The translations under genes and the position numbers were made by a program. A DNA stretch of 64,000 nucleotides from a virus, in the IMG/VR virus record IMGVR_UViG_3300036820_000009, positions 29,726 to 93,725 of that record. The stretch is one strand, 5' to 3'. Every line of letters begins with the position of its first letter. Positions within the stretch are counted from its first letter, which is position 1. Positions 48,024 through 59,490 of this stretch are shown piece by piece. Below the pieces are notes generated by a model. That model saw only the letters and a program-made list of their open reading frames with translations, made no database searches and had not been told where the DNA came from.

Positions 48024-48808
48024 TCGGTGAAGCAGCATTTGAGATCGGCCGGCAGCGTCACATCCCAAAACAGCTCGTTGGTGCCCTCGCGAATCGCCTG
48101 CAATTCCATGGTGACAAATTCGCCGCCATCGCGCCAATGCCCGTAGACGTCGTCTTCGTGCCAGCGCCGGCCAGCGCCGATGAAGCGCGCGCCGTTGGGA
48201 TCGGCGCGGCCGATCAGCGTGTCGTAATAGATATCGCGCACGATTTCGCATTGCTTGGCGTTGGCGGAATTTTCGCGGTTGTGGATGTCATCCATCAGGA
48301 TGACGCTGCCGTGCTTGCCGGTGATGACGCTCGATGTCACGCCGGCCACGAAATACGATGAATCGGGGTTGCCGAGATTGCGGCCGGTGACATAGATCCC
48401 GCGCTCGGTCGACCAGCCCGCCACCTTGTCGGGCATGACGGTCGGAAAGAACATGCGCCATTCCGGCGACCATTCGATCCAATCCATCACCGTTTTGAGG
48501 AAGCCTTGCATCAGCGTTTCGCCGGCGCTGGTGCCGAGCACGGTGCTGTCGGGCCGTTGGCCGATTTCGAATGCCGGGAACGCGCATGACAGCAGCAGCG
48601 ATTTGCCGGATCCCGGCGCTTGCAGAATCAGCAATTTTAGAATTCGCGGATCCATGAGCGCGTGCGCGACCGGATAGAGATGCGGCGGCAGCCCGAATCC
48701 GCGCGACTTGAACATGGCATTGTAGAAAGTGATTAATCCTTCGGCGCTATACGGCAGTATCGGCTGGACTTGTTTCTGCCGGCGCGACTGTGTCGCTTCC
48801 TTCGCCAT
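47987..48808 (-). CDS. terL: Terminase large subunit, N-terminal ATPase part
   Basis: PPHL, Walker A APGSGKS, ITGKHG, Walker B ILMDD, RRWHEDD. Confidence 0.85.
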   Translation of the reverse strand: MAKEATQSRRQKQVQPILPYSAEGLITFYNAMFKSRGFGLPPHLYPVAHALMDPRILKLLILQAPGSGKSLLLSCAFPAFEIGQRPDSTVLGTSAGETLMQGFLKTVMDWIEWSPEWRMFFPTVMPDKVAGWSTERGIYVTGRNLGNPDSSYFVAGVTSSVITGKHGSVILMDDIHNRENSANAKQCEIVRDIYYDTLIGRADPNGARFIGAGRRWHEDDVYGHWRDGGEFVTMELQAIREGTNELFWDVTLPADLKCCFTDHIALPATKVAT

Positions 48809-49349
48809 AGAATTCCCCATCGTCGACGGAGTGACCTTCCCCATCGATCGTTGGCGCGTCGACAATCGACACGCGCATGAAATCGCGCGATTTGGCCAGC
48901 GAGTCCTCGAACATCGTCTTGAGCTCGGACCGCAACATTTCGCGAACTTTTTCCTCGCCGTGATCGATTTGGATGACCTGTTTTTCGTTCCATCCGAATT
49001 GAGTCTTGGCGAGGAATTCCAGCAACCGCGGATTCGGCGCGCGTTCCGCCTGCACCATGTTGTTGCTGGCATCGAATTCCGCCGGCGCGCCGATCGCGGT
49101 GGTGAACACGGCTTTCGACAGATTGGCCTTCATCAGCACGGCGCCGGTCTGGACTTCGCGATCGAAAATCCGGTGCATGGTCGCCTTGGAGATCGGCCGG
49201 CCGGTCGCCGGATTGATGATCAGCAGGCAGATTTCGTCATGGCCGAGCGTGCTATAGCCAATGAGCCGCTCGACGAGATCGCGCTGGAATTTCGTCGGAT
49301 AGAAGGTCGCGTCGGGATCGGCGACAGGCAATGACGGGACAGCAGTCAT
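48747..49349 (-). CDS. Terminase small subunit
   Basis: Immediately upstream of and overlapping terL; HTH-like N-terminus, EFLAKTQFGWNEK. Confidence 0.65.
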   Translation of the reverse strand: MTAVPSLPVADPDATFYPTKFQRDLVERLIGYSTLGHDEICLLIINPATGRPISKATMHRIFDREVQTGAVLMKANLSKAVFTTAIGAPAEFDASNNMVQAERAPNPRLLEFLAKTQFGWNEKQVIQIDHGEEKVREMLRSELKTMFEDSLAKSRDFMRVSIVDAPTIDGEGHSVDDGEFYGEGSDTVAPAETSPADTAV

Positions 49350-49610
49350 GCTTCATCATTTGCGCCAAATCGCGTGCCCGTCAACCGCGAGAGCGCTTGC
49401 GGATGCGGCACCGGCCGCCACGGCTCGATGCGATCGGGACAGAATACCAGCCGCAAATAGGTTTCATCCAGCACGCACGGCGGTTGCCGGATGCCGAAAT
49501 GCAGCCACCGCCGCCAGCCGGTGCGCGCATGCCGCGGATGGTAGCAGCGCCAGGATCCGCCGTGATAGGGCCGTTCCAGGAATACGCAGGTCGTTGGCCT
49601 GGTTTGCATG

Positions 49611-50240
49611 TCAGGTACCCGTGCCCCAATGCGATAGGCCGAGCCGCGTCTTTTCCCATTCCTGATCGGAATCGTCCGCCACCTGTGGATTCATGATTTG
49701 CCATTCGCCGGCCATGCTCGGCGGCACCACGAAAATCGCCATGGCGCCCAAGCGGATCAGCGAAGCGAGCCCGCGCTTGCCGGCTTCGTTCATTTGCGCC
49801 ATCACCGCCGGCGCGCGCCACGCCGCGGGATAGCCGCTGTCGACCCAAACCTGGATTACCCGAATGGTTTTCTTGTTGCCGTATTCATCGGTCGCGATTA
49901 CGTCATCCTCCATAATGTCGAATACCACATGCGATCGATTGGGCTTCAGCCCGTCCGGCATATCCGATTTGACCAGCCACATGCAGGACCATAAATGGCA
50001 ATCGATCGGCCGCGTGTCATAAATCGCGCAGCAGGTGCCGGCCTTTCCGATCCGCGCATGATCACACCATTTGTTGCGTACCTTCGCGATCGATTTGACC
50101 GGCAGCAATTTGCAGCACAGCGCGCAGTCGCCACAGGCGCGCTTCGGCACCGGAAAATTCGGAATGACGTCTTGCGGGCGCACCTCGCCGGCTTTTATGC
50201 GTCGCATGTTTTTATCGTGTTCTTCCTGGGTATAGTTCAT
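49611..50240 (-). CDS. YkgJ-like cysteine-cluster protein
   Basis: CGDCALCCK, WCDH, CAIYDTRPIDC..WSCMWL. Confidence 0.7.
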   Translation of the reverse strand: MNYTQEEHDKNMRRIKAGEVRPQDVIPNFPVPKRACGDCALCCKLLPVKSIAKVRNKWCDHARIGKAGTCCAIYDTRPIDCHLWSCMWLVKSDMPDGLKPNRSHVVFDIMEDDVIATDEYGNKKTIRVIQVWVDSGYPAAWRAPAVMAQMNEAGKRGLASLIRLGAMAIFVVPPSMAGEWQIMNPQVADDSDQEWEKTRLGLSHWGTGT

Positions 50241-50909
50241 CGCAACAGCCCGATGATGTTCTTGATGGTCGACGCCAGCTCCGTGTCGGACAGGCCGGCC
50301 AGCACCTTTGGAATAGCCCCTCTATCGATCGATTCCAGCGTTAATTGGTTAGCGCCGGTCCGGTAATTGGCCACGCGTTTGTAAATCGCGGCTTCCTCGG
50401 TCGCCAATGCGCGCCTGGCGCCCATATGCAGAATAATGTCGGCCGCGATGGTCAATCGTGTATCGGTCAGTTTGACGCGTATTTCCGATTCCGGATCGAC
50501 AAGATTCGCCACCGGGAATTCGACATGGCCTTTGAGCGCGGTCACGATCAGCCGCACCGCTTCCTCGACTTCGGCCGGTTCGAAAACGATATCAGGCATG
50601 CCGCCGCTTCTTTTTCTTGGCTTGGCGGCGCATTGCCGAAAACCGGTCGAGATCGTCGCGCGATAGCATGATGGTCTTGATCGCCGGCCGGCGATGCGCC
50701 GGCACGCCGAGGAACACATAAAGCCGCCGCACTTGCGCGGCCGACAGCATGCCGCGATTGCGGCGCAGTGCCGCCCATTCCGGTTGGCGCATTTTCAGAA
50801 AGAAATCGGGCGGAATCGCGAGTTGCCGCACAGCCAGGTCGCCGGCGCAGGCATGCGGCGTATCCGCCAGCACCATCGCGCCACAACCGGGACATTGCTG
50901 TAAATCCAT

Positions 50910-51209
50910 TTACGCGCGCTTCGGCAGCGGCTTGATCGATGCGATTTCGCGATCTTCCATGTCCAGCGTGCGCGCCAATGACCAATCGCGATGAAAATCC
51001 ATCCACAGTTTCGGCGACGTCGACGTCAAGCGCGCGAGCCGCAACGCGATCGATGGCGTGAGGCCGCGCCGGCCGCCCACCAGTTCGTTGATGGTCAGAC
51101 GGCTGACGTGGATGGCGTCGGCCAGCTCGCCTTGGGTCAAGCCATATTCCTCCAACAGGCGCGCGACAAAGGTGCCGACATGAGGTGCGTCCGCGACAGC
51201 GATCGTCAT
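50910..51209 (-). CDS. HigA-family XRE HTH antitoxin-like protein
   Basis: HVG...GLTQGELADAIHVSRLTINELVGGRRGLTPSIALRLARLTSTSPKLWM. Confidence 0.8.
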   Translation of the reverse strand: MTIAVADAPHVGTFVARLLEEYGLTQGELADAIHVSRLTINELVGGRRGLTPSIALRLARLTSTSPKLWMDFHRDWSLARTLDMEDREIASIKPLPKRA

Positions 51210-51774
51210 TGCGGTGGCTTCTCGCCAAACTCCTTGATCAAATATTCCATGCTGATCAGCGGTACGCGCTGCGCGAACGCGGCAACCAATTTTTTATGTT
51301 CGTCGGTCGAAAAATAATCCATGCCCGATGGCGTGACCATGAACACGCATAGTCTTGGATGATAGAAAATATGCTGGTGCCTGATTGCTTCGCACATCGC
51401 CATGCCGACGATATCGCGGCTGCGGCGGCCTTGCGCCCTGACAAATGCGGCGGCCTGTTCTTCGGGTTTCAATCCATCGAACAGCCGATTCGCGATTACC
51501 ATGTTATTGACTGCGTTATAGGCGCGCCGGATTTCCGCGTGCGTCATCAAAACGCGATAGGTCACTTCATCCGGCACGATCAGCTTTAGATCCCGATCGA
51601 ACAGGCAAAGCGTGCCGCAATTGAGGCAACAGGAAACATCGCCAGGTTCCGGCGACTTTATCGGATCGGTCACGCCGGTCGCGGCATCCATCATGCTATG
51701 GCAATTCGGACAGGCTTGCGGCACGACACCCGTTCGCGGATCGCGCGGCTTGAATTTTGTCCACGGGCTATCGG

Positions 51775-52206
51775 TCATGGCGTTGTCATTATAAGCTCGT
51801 TTGACACGTTAAAGGGCCCCTGATAGCCACGGAACGGGATCGGCTGCTTGAACACGCGATAATTTCCACGCTTGAACGCAAAGCGATCGGGTCCGAAATT
51901 GCCGCACGCAAGATCGATATCGTTCGCCGCGCACGGCATGTCATGCTCATCGAGCGTCGGAATCGCCGCCACGATATCGACGGTGCCGATCAGCGCGCCG
52001 AAAGGCAGCGCCAAATCCCAGCCCGCGCCGAGAAAATCGGTACAGATCCGCGCCAGCTCGCTATCGTCGTACAGATGCGCGCGGGTCTTGGCGGCATGCA
52101 CGGCGATCGTCCCGCGCGTTGTCAGCCGCCAGGCGCGCGTTTCATGGATCTTGGCCGGCGAGCACCAGAGCGAGGCCCATGGCTGGTGAAGCGACAGTGC
52201 GATCAT
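51775..52206 (-). CDS. ASCH-domain protein
   Basis: ALSLHQPWASL...KIHETR.W...RGTIAVHAAK...PIPFRGYQG. Confidence 0.85.
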   Translation of the reverse strand: MIALSLHQPWASLWCSPAKIHETRAWRLTTRGTIAVHAAKTRAHLYDDSELARICTDFLGAGWDLALPFGALIGTVDIVAAIPTLDEHDMPCAANDIDLACGNFGPDRFAFKRGNYRVFKQPIPFRGYQGPFNVSNELIMTTP

Positions 52207-52417
52207 GATTCGTGCTGATTCTCTTAAAGCTTTTCGATGATCGTTTTGGTGAACTCGATTTTCGATCCGATGTAAACCTGCCGATCGTCGACCACGTATT
52301 TGAAATCCCGGCGCGCCAGTTCCTCGATCGTATCGCGCAGATCGTAAAACAATTTCCGCGCTTTTTTGGCCAGCTCTTCGTCCTTCATGCCGCGCAATAC
52401 GTATCGCTCGTCTTCGT

Positions 52418-52960
52418 TCATGCCGGCACCCATGGCGTGATCGATACCGTATCCGGCAGCCGCATTTTACCGCGTGCCAGCGGATGAATCGGCGCGCGCT
52501 GTCCGGTCAAGCCGAACACATGAAGCGGAATCTCGGAGTTCGCCAACATCCGCCAGAACAGGCGCACCCAAGGATCTTCCCAATAGCAATTGCCGGATGC
52601 CGCCACGACGATGCCGCCGGCGCCGATGGTTTCCCGGCAGATGCCCAAGGCGGTTTGAAAGCATTGACGCTTATAGGCATCGCGTTCCGCCAGCGTGGTC
52701 GCCATGTCATACCAGCGATAGAGCTCGACCGGTTGCGACGCGCGCCGCGTATGCGCATTGAATCCGATGAATCGGCCATAGCCGAGATGCCGCGAGAAAT
52801 TGTGCAGCCGCGCGATGGTCGGATCGTTCTTGCCATCGATATCGGCTTCCGCCGTCGACGGATTCTGCATGCCGACCGCCATGACGCCAGGCAGCGCGGC
52901 ATCGACAATGCGATCGAGCCGCTGCCGAAAATTCGGTTCGCCGAAAACGAATTCCGTCAT
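52418..52960 (-). CDS. DUF1643-family protein
   Basis: NPSTA....NDPTI, VVAASG, PIHPL. Confidence 0.75.
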   Translation of the reverse strand: MTEFVFGEPNFRQRLDRIVDAALPGVMAVGMQNPSTAEADIDGKNDPTIARLHNFSRHLGYGRFIGFNAHTRRASQPVELYRWYDMATTLAERDAYKRQCFQTALGICRETIGAGGIVVAASGNCYWEDPWVRLFWRMLANSEIPLHVFGLTGQRAPIHPLARGKMRLPDTVSITPWVPA

Positions 52961-53728
52961 TGAATGCTATGCGCCGGCAAGTCCGGCATGCCTTTCTTCC
53001 GTCGCTCGATCATGCCTTCCAACACCGTGATCACCTCGGCGCGCGCGGCGGTGCTGATGTAGCTGCATCGCGGTTCGGTCCAGACGAACAAGCTGAAATG
53101 CACTCGCTCGCCGGCGACGTCGACAATCATTTCGTCGATCGTGCGCGCGATATCCTGCATGCCGCGCGATACCCGATCCATCGCATTGTCGCCGGTCACG
53201 ATATGCGCCTTATTTTCGGTTCCAGCCATTCCGGCGGATCGGCGCCGCCGTCTTGCACGATTTCGAACACGGTGCCATTGCCTTTTTTTTCGATGATCAT
53301 TTTGGCGCCGCGCTTACATTCGCGACAAGTCCCGCCGTCCGCCATATCCTGCTCCGCGGCCACAAGGCGAATGGTCATAAATCCCGCCGCCCCACAAAAC
53401 GGACATGGCAATATCGAGCGGGTATCGGCCGAGTAGCCGGCGAATTGCGTATTGTTTTGGCAGCGGCGCGTCAGTTCTTCCATATTGGTCGGCGGTTTAT
53501 CGATCGGCATGGCCATCGCTTTCTCTTAGCGCGCGCGCTAGCGCGCGCGCGTTGCGTTCCACCAGCATCGCGTCAGCCATGTCATAGGCATTGCGCGCGA
53601 CTATTTCGGCCCAATTGGTTTCGTCATAGTTTTTATCGCGAGCGGCGACGATATTTGCGCCGAGCGGCGTGAATATCGAGGCCATCGCCATCGCCGCGAA
53701 CAAATCGCGCAATTCGAACCCAGGGCTT

Positions 53729-54391
53729 TTATCGGCCATAATTTCCTCGTTTGGATTTCGTGCCGGCCAGGATCAGCCGCGGTTCGACTTGCGGCGGCAG
53801 CGGCGCGGCCAGGGCATCGGCGACGATCGCAAGCCCGGCCTGATCCGGCAGGCGCGCGCCATCGCGCCAGAATTCCACGTGCAGCAACGGCTTGATCGGC
53901 CGGATCCTTATGTCGACGGTACGGTCCGACGCGATGAGCGTTTGCCCATGCGCCATGCCGAGCACAAACAGTTTCGGCCGCGTCGGCATGACGGATTCAT
54001 CGATAAATAAATAATGCTCGGTTTTCTCGACATCGACCTGTTTGGCATCGATGCGGTGGCTATAGACCGGCGCCGCAAGATAGGGACATACCTGAAGCGC
54101 GTAGACCGCGCATTCGCGATGCACCGCCGAATCGATATAGAGCCCGTCCGGATGGAATGCGCTCAGCGGCCCGCCGACGAACCACCGGCCACGGAACAGC
54201 TTGCCGCCGCAAATCGAGCATTCGTCGCGGACGATCAGGCCTTGCCGGATATCGGAATCGTTGATGGTAAAATGCGGCATGCCGTCGCGATCGCGCAGCA
54301 CCACCGCCGGAATGGGATAGCCGCGGCGATCGCGCGGCAGGTGCTTCATCCGCGACGGTACCGGCACATCGAACCAGGTGCGGTCGGTCAT
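53729..54391 (-). CDS. Conserved phage protein
   Basis: LPRDRRGYPIP, CSICG, FVGGPLS, HRECAVYALQVCPYL. Confidence 0.7.
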   Translation of the reverse strand: MTDRTWFDVPVPSRMKHLPRDRRGYPIPAVVLRDRDGMPHFTINDSDIRQGLIVRDECSICGGKLFRGRWFVGGPLSAFHPDGLYIDSAVHRECAVYALQVCPYLAAPVYSHRIDAKQVDVEKTEHYLFIDESVMPTRPKLFVLGMAHGQTLIASDRTVDIRIRPIKPLLHVEFWRDGARLPDQAGLAIVADALAAPLPPQVEPRLILAGTKSKRGNYGR

Positions 54392-54702
54392 GGCTTCCTG
54401 GTTTGAAGGAAGCGCTGAAGCTGTTCGACCTTCAACAGTCGGCCCTCCATGATATCGGTCATGTTGAGCATGCCGTGCGCCACCAGCATCGTGACCATGA
54501 GATCGAGATTGCCGATTTCCATGGCCAGGCGGCGCGCATTGTCGTCAGGCTGGCCCGGTTGGGTTTCCTTGGCGCCGAACCGCAACAGCTTGGTGCCGAG
54601 CTGCGCCACTTCCGCCGCTTCCTCGATCAGAATGGTCACCAACTCGCGCTCGTAAGGCGTCGGCAATTCCGCTGGCGTGACATAGCGCTCGATATCGGTC
54701 AT
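54388..54702 (-). CDS. MazG-like nucleotide pyrophosphohydrolase-fold protein
   Basis: LIEEAAEVAQ..TKLLRFG...LAMEIGNL. Confidence 0.6.
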   Translation of the reverse strand: MTDIERYVTPAELPTPYERELVTILIEEAAEVAQLGTKLLRFGAKETQPGQPDDNARRLAMEIGNLDLMVTMLVAHGMLNMTDIMEGRLLKVEQLQRFLQTRKP

Positions 54703-57700
54703 TTTTCTCCCCGCAATGCCTTATTGATCGTGTTGACGTGAAGCCCCAATCGTTCGGCGATGAATCGCGGTTCCACGCCTTGCGCATTCAGCCGTTTGAT
54801 TTTCTGGATCGTGGCGTCATCGAGCATGATATCGCTGCGTTTTTTCGCGGTTGCCGTTTTAGCGTTTTGTCTTGCCGCCATTGCCGGTCCCCGACTTGAG
54901 ATAGAGCTGATCAAGCTGCTCCAGCGCCTTAATCACGGTTCGGCAGGCTCTCATCGGCACGCCGCTGGCGTCCTGTATCAACAAAATCAGCGCGCGATCG
55001 TTGAGGCCGCCCCTGCGAATGCGCCGCACGCCTTCGGCGATGTCGCGAATGCTGGTCGCGAGAATTTCGGTCGCTACTTCGTCTTCCGGCTTTTGCTTGA
55101 TGCTCACTGTCATTGGATTGTCCTGTTAAGCGATTCGACGCGTTCATCGATCTCGGCGCGCAGCCAGGTTTCGACTTGGTCCTGGATGGTTTGCGCCAGA
55201 TCCGCGACCAGCTTCGGCGTCATCTTGGTGCCCAGGAAATACCGCGCCAGATCCTCGCACTTCGGATCGTATGCCATGCTATCCGCGGCCCAACGTATCC
55301 GCGATGCGTTCGAGCGACCTGGCGATCGACGCAATTTCATCGCGCGCGCTCATCAACTCGTCGAACAGCAAACCGGTCGCTTCCTGATCTCTATCTTTTT
55401 CCGCTCCGACAATGCGCGAGCGGAGGATGAGGCGTTGTTCCGGTGTCAGCATTATTTAGCTCCCCGTCGCGATTTGACCGTTGAATTGTAAACCGTTTTT
55501 CCGCTGGCCTTCCCGGCGAATGCGGCCACCGCGTTCATCACGGTTTCCACGTCGTCGACGTTGTGCGTCCAGCCGGTACAGTTCTTGCCATTTTGGCACT
55601 CGCTTGTGCATTCGCCGCCGTTTTTGACGCAGAGCGCGCGCGCCGCGAATTCGATGACGGCGCCGTTCGGGCCGTCGACATAGGTGATGATTCTTGCCAT
55701 TACGCGGTTCCCGCCTTTCCGTTTTTCCGCATGAGCTCCGTGCCGATCGCGATCAATTGGCTGCCCAGCTTCAGCGCGGTATCCGCCGAAAAATGCGCAT
55801 GCGCGAATGCCTTGTTCTCGTCGTCGAAAAAATCGATGCAGGCCGATTCATCGGCGAGCTCGCCGCACATGCCCGCCGCGACATGCGACGCATTGAGCAT
55901 GCCGGTCGAGCCGATCCGGAATTTTCCGGTGAGCGTCACTTTGCTTCTGCGCTTCGCCGGCATCAGGTTCGCCGCTCGACGATCTGTTTGACGGTCAGGT
56001 CCGGCGATATTTTCAGCATCTCCACGATCTCTTGCATGCTCAGGTGCGGCGCATCGGCCATGATCTGGAAATGGCAGCCGGGATGCGCGACGTCGAAATC
56101 CCGCATGTGCTGGAGCCACGCGCGCGCCAGCGCCGGCGGCACCTGCGCGATCGCCCAAATCGTGAGCGGCTTAGTATTTGGTTCCGAATCCATCGTCCGC
56201 TCGTTTCGCCATGGAAGGCCGCCGCGCCGGCAGCGCGGCCTTGCGCGCGGCCGCGAGCGTGTCGTCGGCATAGCTGCCGATGTCCGCCAATTCCTGGATC
56301 AGGTCATCCACGCTGACGGCCGCCGTGCCGATCGGCCGCACCGAGGCCGTCATGGCCGCGTCGTGCGCGCGATCGGCGATATGTCTCAATCCGAATCTCA
56401 TGATCTCCAGCGGCGTGGGTGCCTGCCTCATTCTCGCGATAAATCGTTAATGGCCTGATCCTGCGCGGCATGCACCGCGAGGTCATGCTGGAATCGGGTC
56501 GCCGGCAGTTCGGTGAACCGCATCCGGCCATCGGTTTCGGGATAGCCGCGGCAGACTTCATGCAACTCCCCGCCGTGGACGTAGCCATCGATGCAACCGA
56601 GGCACAATACCGCGCAGGCGCCATCCGGCGGCAGGCCGCATTCCAGACAGCCCCAGCCGTGCCCTGGCACGGCCGCCACGCGGTCGAGCAGCACGATCAG
56701 CGTCGCGGGTGCCTTGAGGCAGATGCAGCACGGGCCCAGCGCCGGCGGCGCGCCCGGTGCGTCGTCGGTCATGGGCTCAGCACCTTCCGGATTTCCTGGA
56801 GCATGGCGCCAAACGCGTCGCCGGTGCCGTAGTAATTGGCATTGGCGAGCGCGGGCTGCGCCAAGGCCAGCAACCGTTGCGCGAGCCGGCGCTCGCCTTC
56901 CCGGCGATACTGCTCATGGCGGTCCGCCGCGCGCAGCGAGCGCGTGCCCAGGAACAGGATATTGCCGGCCTTCAGTCGATCGTCCGCCATGTCTCGTCGC
57001 CATTATCGGTACGGAATTCTCCCTCGAAACTTTCGCGGCCGGCGATGCACACGCCCACTATTTCGCTCGGAATGCACGCATAGCACATTAGGGCTTCGAT
57101 GAAGCCGACGCGCGCGGCCGCGCCGTGCAGGCCGATGGCCGCGATCGCGCAGCTATCGCCGCGGTCAAGCAGTTGACGCGCTTTTGCCTGACTGATCGGC
57201 ATCGGGCGGCTCCGGAAGCGTTTCGATCAATTCGCCGGGCAGGAATCGAACCAGGAAGCAGGCCTGCCCGGTCATTTTCCAGTGTGCCAGCGCCAGTGCG
57301 CGCAACGCGGTGCGCGCGATTTTTTCGTTGCGGCTGATCAGCGGCGTATGGCTCGTGCCGACCATGGCGCCGATATTGCCAATGGTGCCGTCGGGATAAA
57401 GCGACAGCCATGCCCACAGCGTGAAATCCCGCAGTTTTTCAGGTTCCGGCATTGGCGCGGTTCCTGCGTTCCTTGAGATCGTGGATTTTCGCGAACGCAT
57501 GCTTGCCGTAATCGTCGCCATGCTCGAACCATAGTCCGATCAGCCAATGCAGCACGAATGCCTGCTCCACTTCGGCGTTGGATTTGATTTTGGCGCCGGC
57601 ATCCCGGAACAATTGCGCGATCGCGCCGCTTTCCCAAATCATTGGGCTCAACAGGTCTATCAGCGCCGGCGTGAGCGTGGCGGGCCATCGCGAGGTATGC

Positions 57701-58734
57701 CGCGCGCCGATATCGGCGCCGGTTTCCAAGGCCTCTTTCAGCAACGCATAGATCTTCCGCATATCGAGCATGCCGGCTTCGGAGGCTTCGTGCGCGCGTT
57801 CGGAAAACCCCTCGTGCATCGCATGGATTTCGGCGTCGATCGCTTCCTTGGTCGCGTTGGCGGCCGGTACCCTGGCGGCGGCATCGATCCGGCACGCGGC
57901 AAAATGCGGCGCCAGCGATACGACGCGCGCGGCTTCCGCTTCTTCGTCGGTGTCGTATTCTTCGGGATCCCGCGCCGTTTCGGCCAGCCACCGCTTGGCG
58001 CGCGCGATATCGAGCTCGGTCACCGGAATCGCGGGCGCCGGATTTTCGGCGACCGGCGCGGGTATATCCGCCGCATCGATCGCGGCGGCGGCTCGCAGGA
58101 ACAGGGCGGCGATCGCTTGGGCGGGGGCGGCATCGACCACAAGATAGATGGCCTGCGATGCCTTGCGCAGTTCGGCGACGAGCGCGGCGGTATCGGACAT
58201 GGTCACATTCCCTTCGATGGCCGGCGGGCCTGGATATCGATTTTGCCGCGCCGGATTTCGTCTTTCGCATTGACGCCAGCCGCGTCCGGCGGCGGCCGGC
58301 CGCGATCGATGCCGGCATCGGCCGGCTCGCGCGGCCGCACCACGTCGGCGATATGCATGCCGGCCAGCGTGACGCGGATGCCGTCGATTTCGCGTCGGTC
58401 GAGCTGCAACAGCCGGAATTCGATATCGGCCGCCAATTGGCCCGCGGCCAGGGTCGGCATGCGATTGCGCCGGATCGGCTGATCTTCGCGCGCCATGCTA
58501 GCGATCCTTCGGAATACGGTCGACGCCGTCATATGCCAGCGCGGCCACGCCGCAAAAATCCTCTTTCTCGTAGCCGCGACAGAGATGCGCCATTTTCATT
58601 TCGAACCGTTGCCGCGCGGTTTCGCCGGCCGCGAATCCGGTATCGTAGTCGGATGCATTCAGCGTATAGCCCGCGACAAAGCCCATGGCCGGCAACGCCA
58701 CCACCGCGATCATGACCAGCGTCACGCGCATCGA

Positions 58735-59490
58735 TCAGGTTTCCTCGCGATAGCCGGGCCACAGCGCCGGCGCAATTTCCTTCAGGTCGGGTTCTTCCTC
58801 GTCGGCCAGCTCGATGCCGTCGATCGCGATCAGCGGATCGACCTGCCGCAGCAGGCCGGCCAGCACTTTCGCCTTGCCGGTTTCGTCCTGCACCAGGCCA
58901 TGATCCCAACGCACGCGTTCGGCCATGCGCGCGATCACCTTGCCGAGCGAGGCCGGCGCGATGGTGTAGCCGCGATGCCCGAATTTCAGCACGCGCAGCA
59001 TGGAGCCGCCGGCGTCCTCGTTGCGCGCCGGCGCCATGTAGCGCAGCCGTTTGGCCGCGAGATCGGTGTAGAACAAATCGTCGCAGGCGCCCATCCATTG
59101 AAAGTCGCCCGCGGGCGGCGGCGCCGGTACCGCCCAAATCGCGGCGCGCGCGATGGTAAAATCGAAACTGGCGATGCAATTGGCGGCGTCGTCGAACAGC
59201 CAACGCGTGATGAATTGCACCGGCATCCGGCCCACCGCATGCACGGTGATGGCGTTTTTGGAGCGATGCGGCTTTTCGATCTTGTAGAGCAGCGCCAATT
59301 CGGTCGCGGCATGTTTCAGCTTCTCGATCGTGTCGCCGAACAAATCGATGTCGGTGATCGATTCCTGCGCGACGATGGACCGGATGAACCCGCCGGCCAG
59401 GATCAGCCGGTCGCGCGCGACGATCTTGCGCAGCGCGTCCGGCACAAACGATACGACGCGGTGAACGTCTTCCGGCAGAAGATTGGCCAT
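58735..59490 (-). CDS. Nucleotidyltransferase (poly(A) polymerase/CCA-like head domain)
   Basis: LAGGFIRS...DIDLF, PVQFI, SFDFTI, RVLKF..RGY. Confidence 0.75.
   Translation of the reverse strand: MANLLPEDVHRVVSFVPDALRKIVARDRLILAGGFIRSIVAQESITDIDLFGDTIEKLKHAATELALLYKIEKPHRSKNAITVHAVGRMPVQFITRWLFDDAANCIASFDFTIARAAIWAVPAPPPAGDFQWMGACDDLFYTDLAAKRLRYMAPARNEDAGGSMLRVLKFGHRGYTIAPASLGKVIARMAERVRWDHGLVQDETGKAKVLAGLLRQVDPLIAIDGIELADEEEPDLKEIAPALWPGYREET

Noticed and set aside
47164-48030. Intron, split intein or excisable element explanation for the terL break
   Set aside because: The insert is almost fully coding. CFTDH resembles an intein start only superficially, and TerL-C lacks a terminal HN-C/S/T motif. 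The shared TGATC at the two junctions would not restore the frame.
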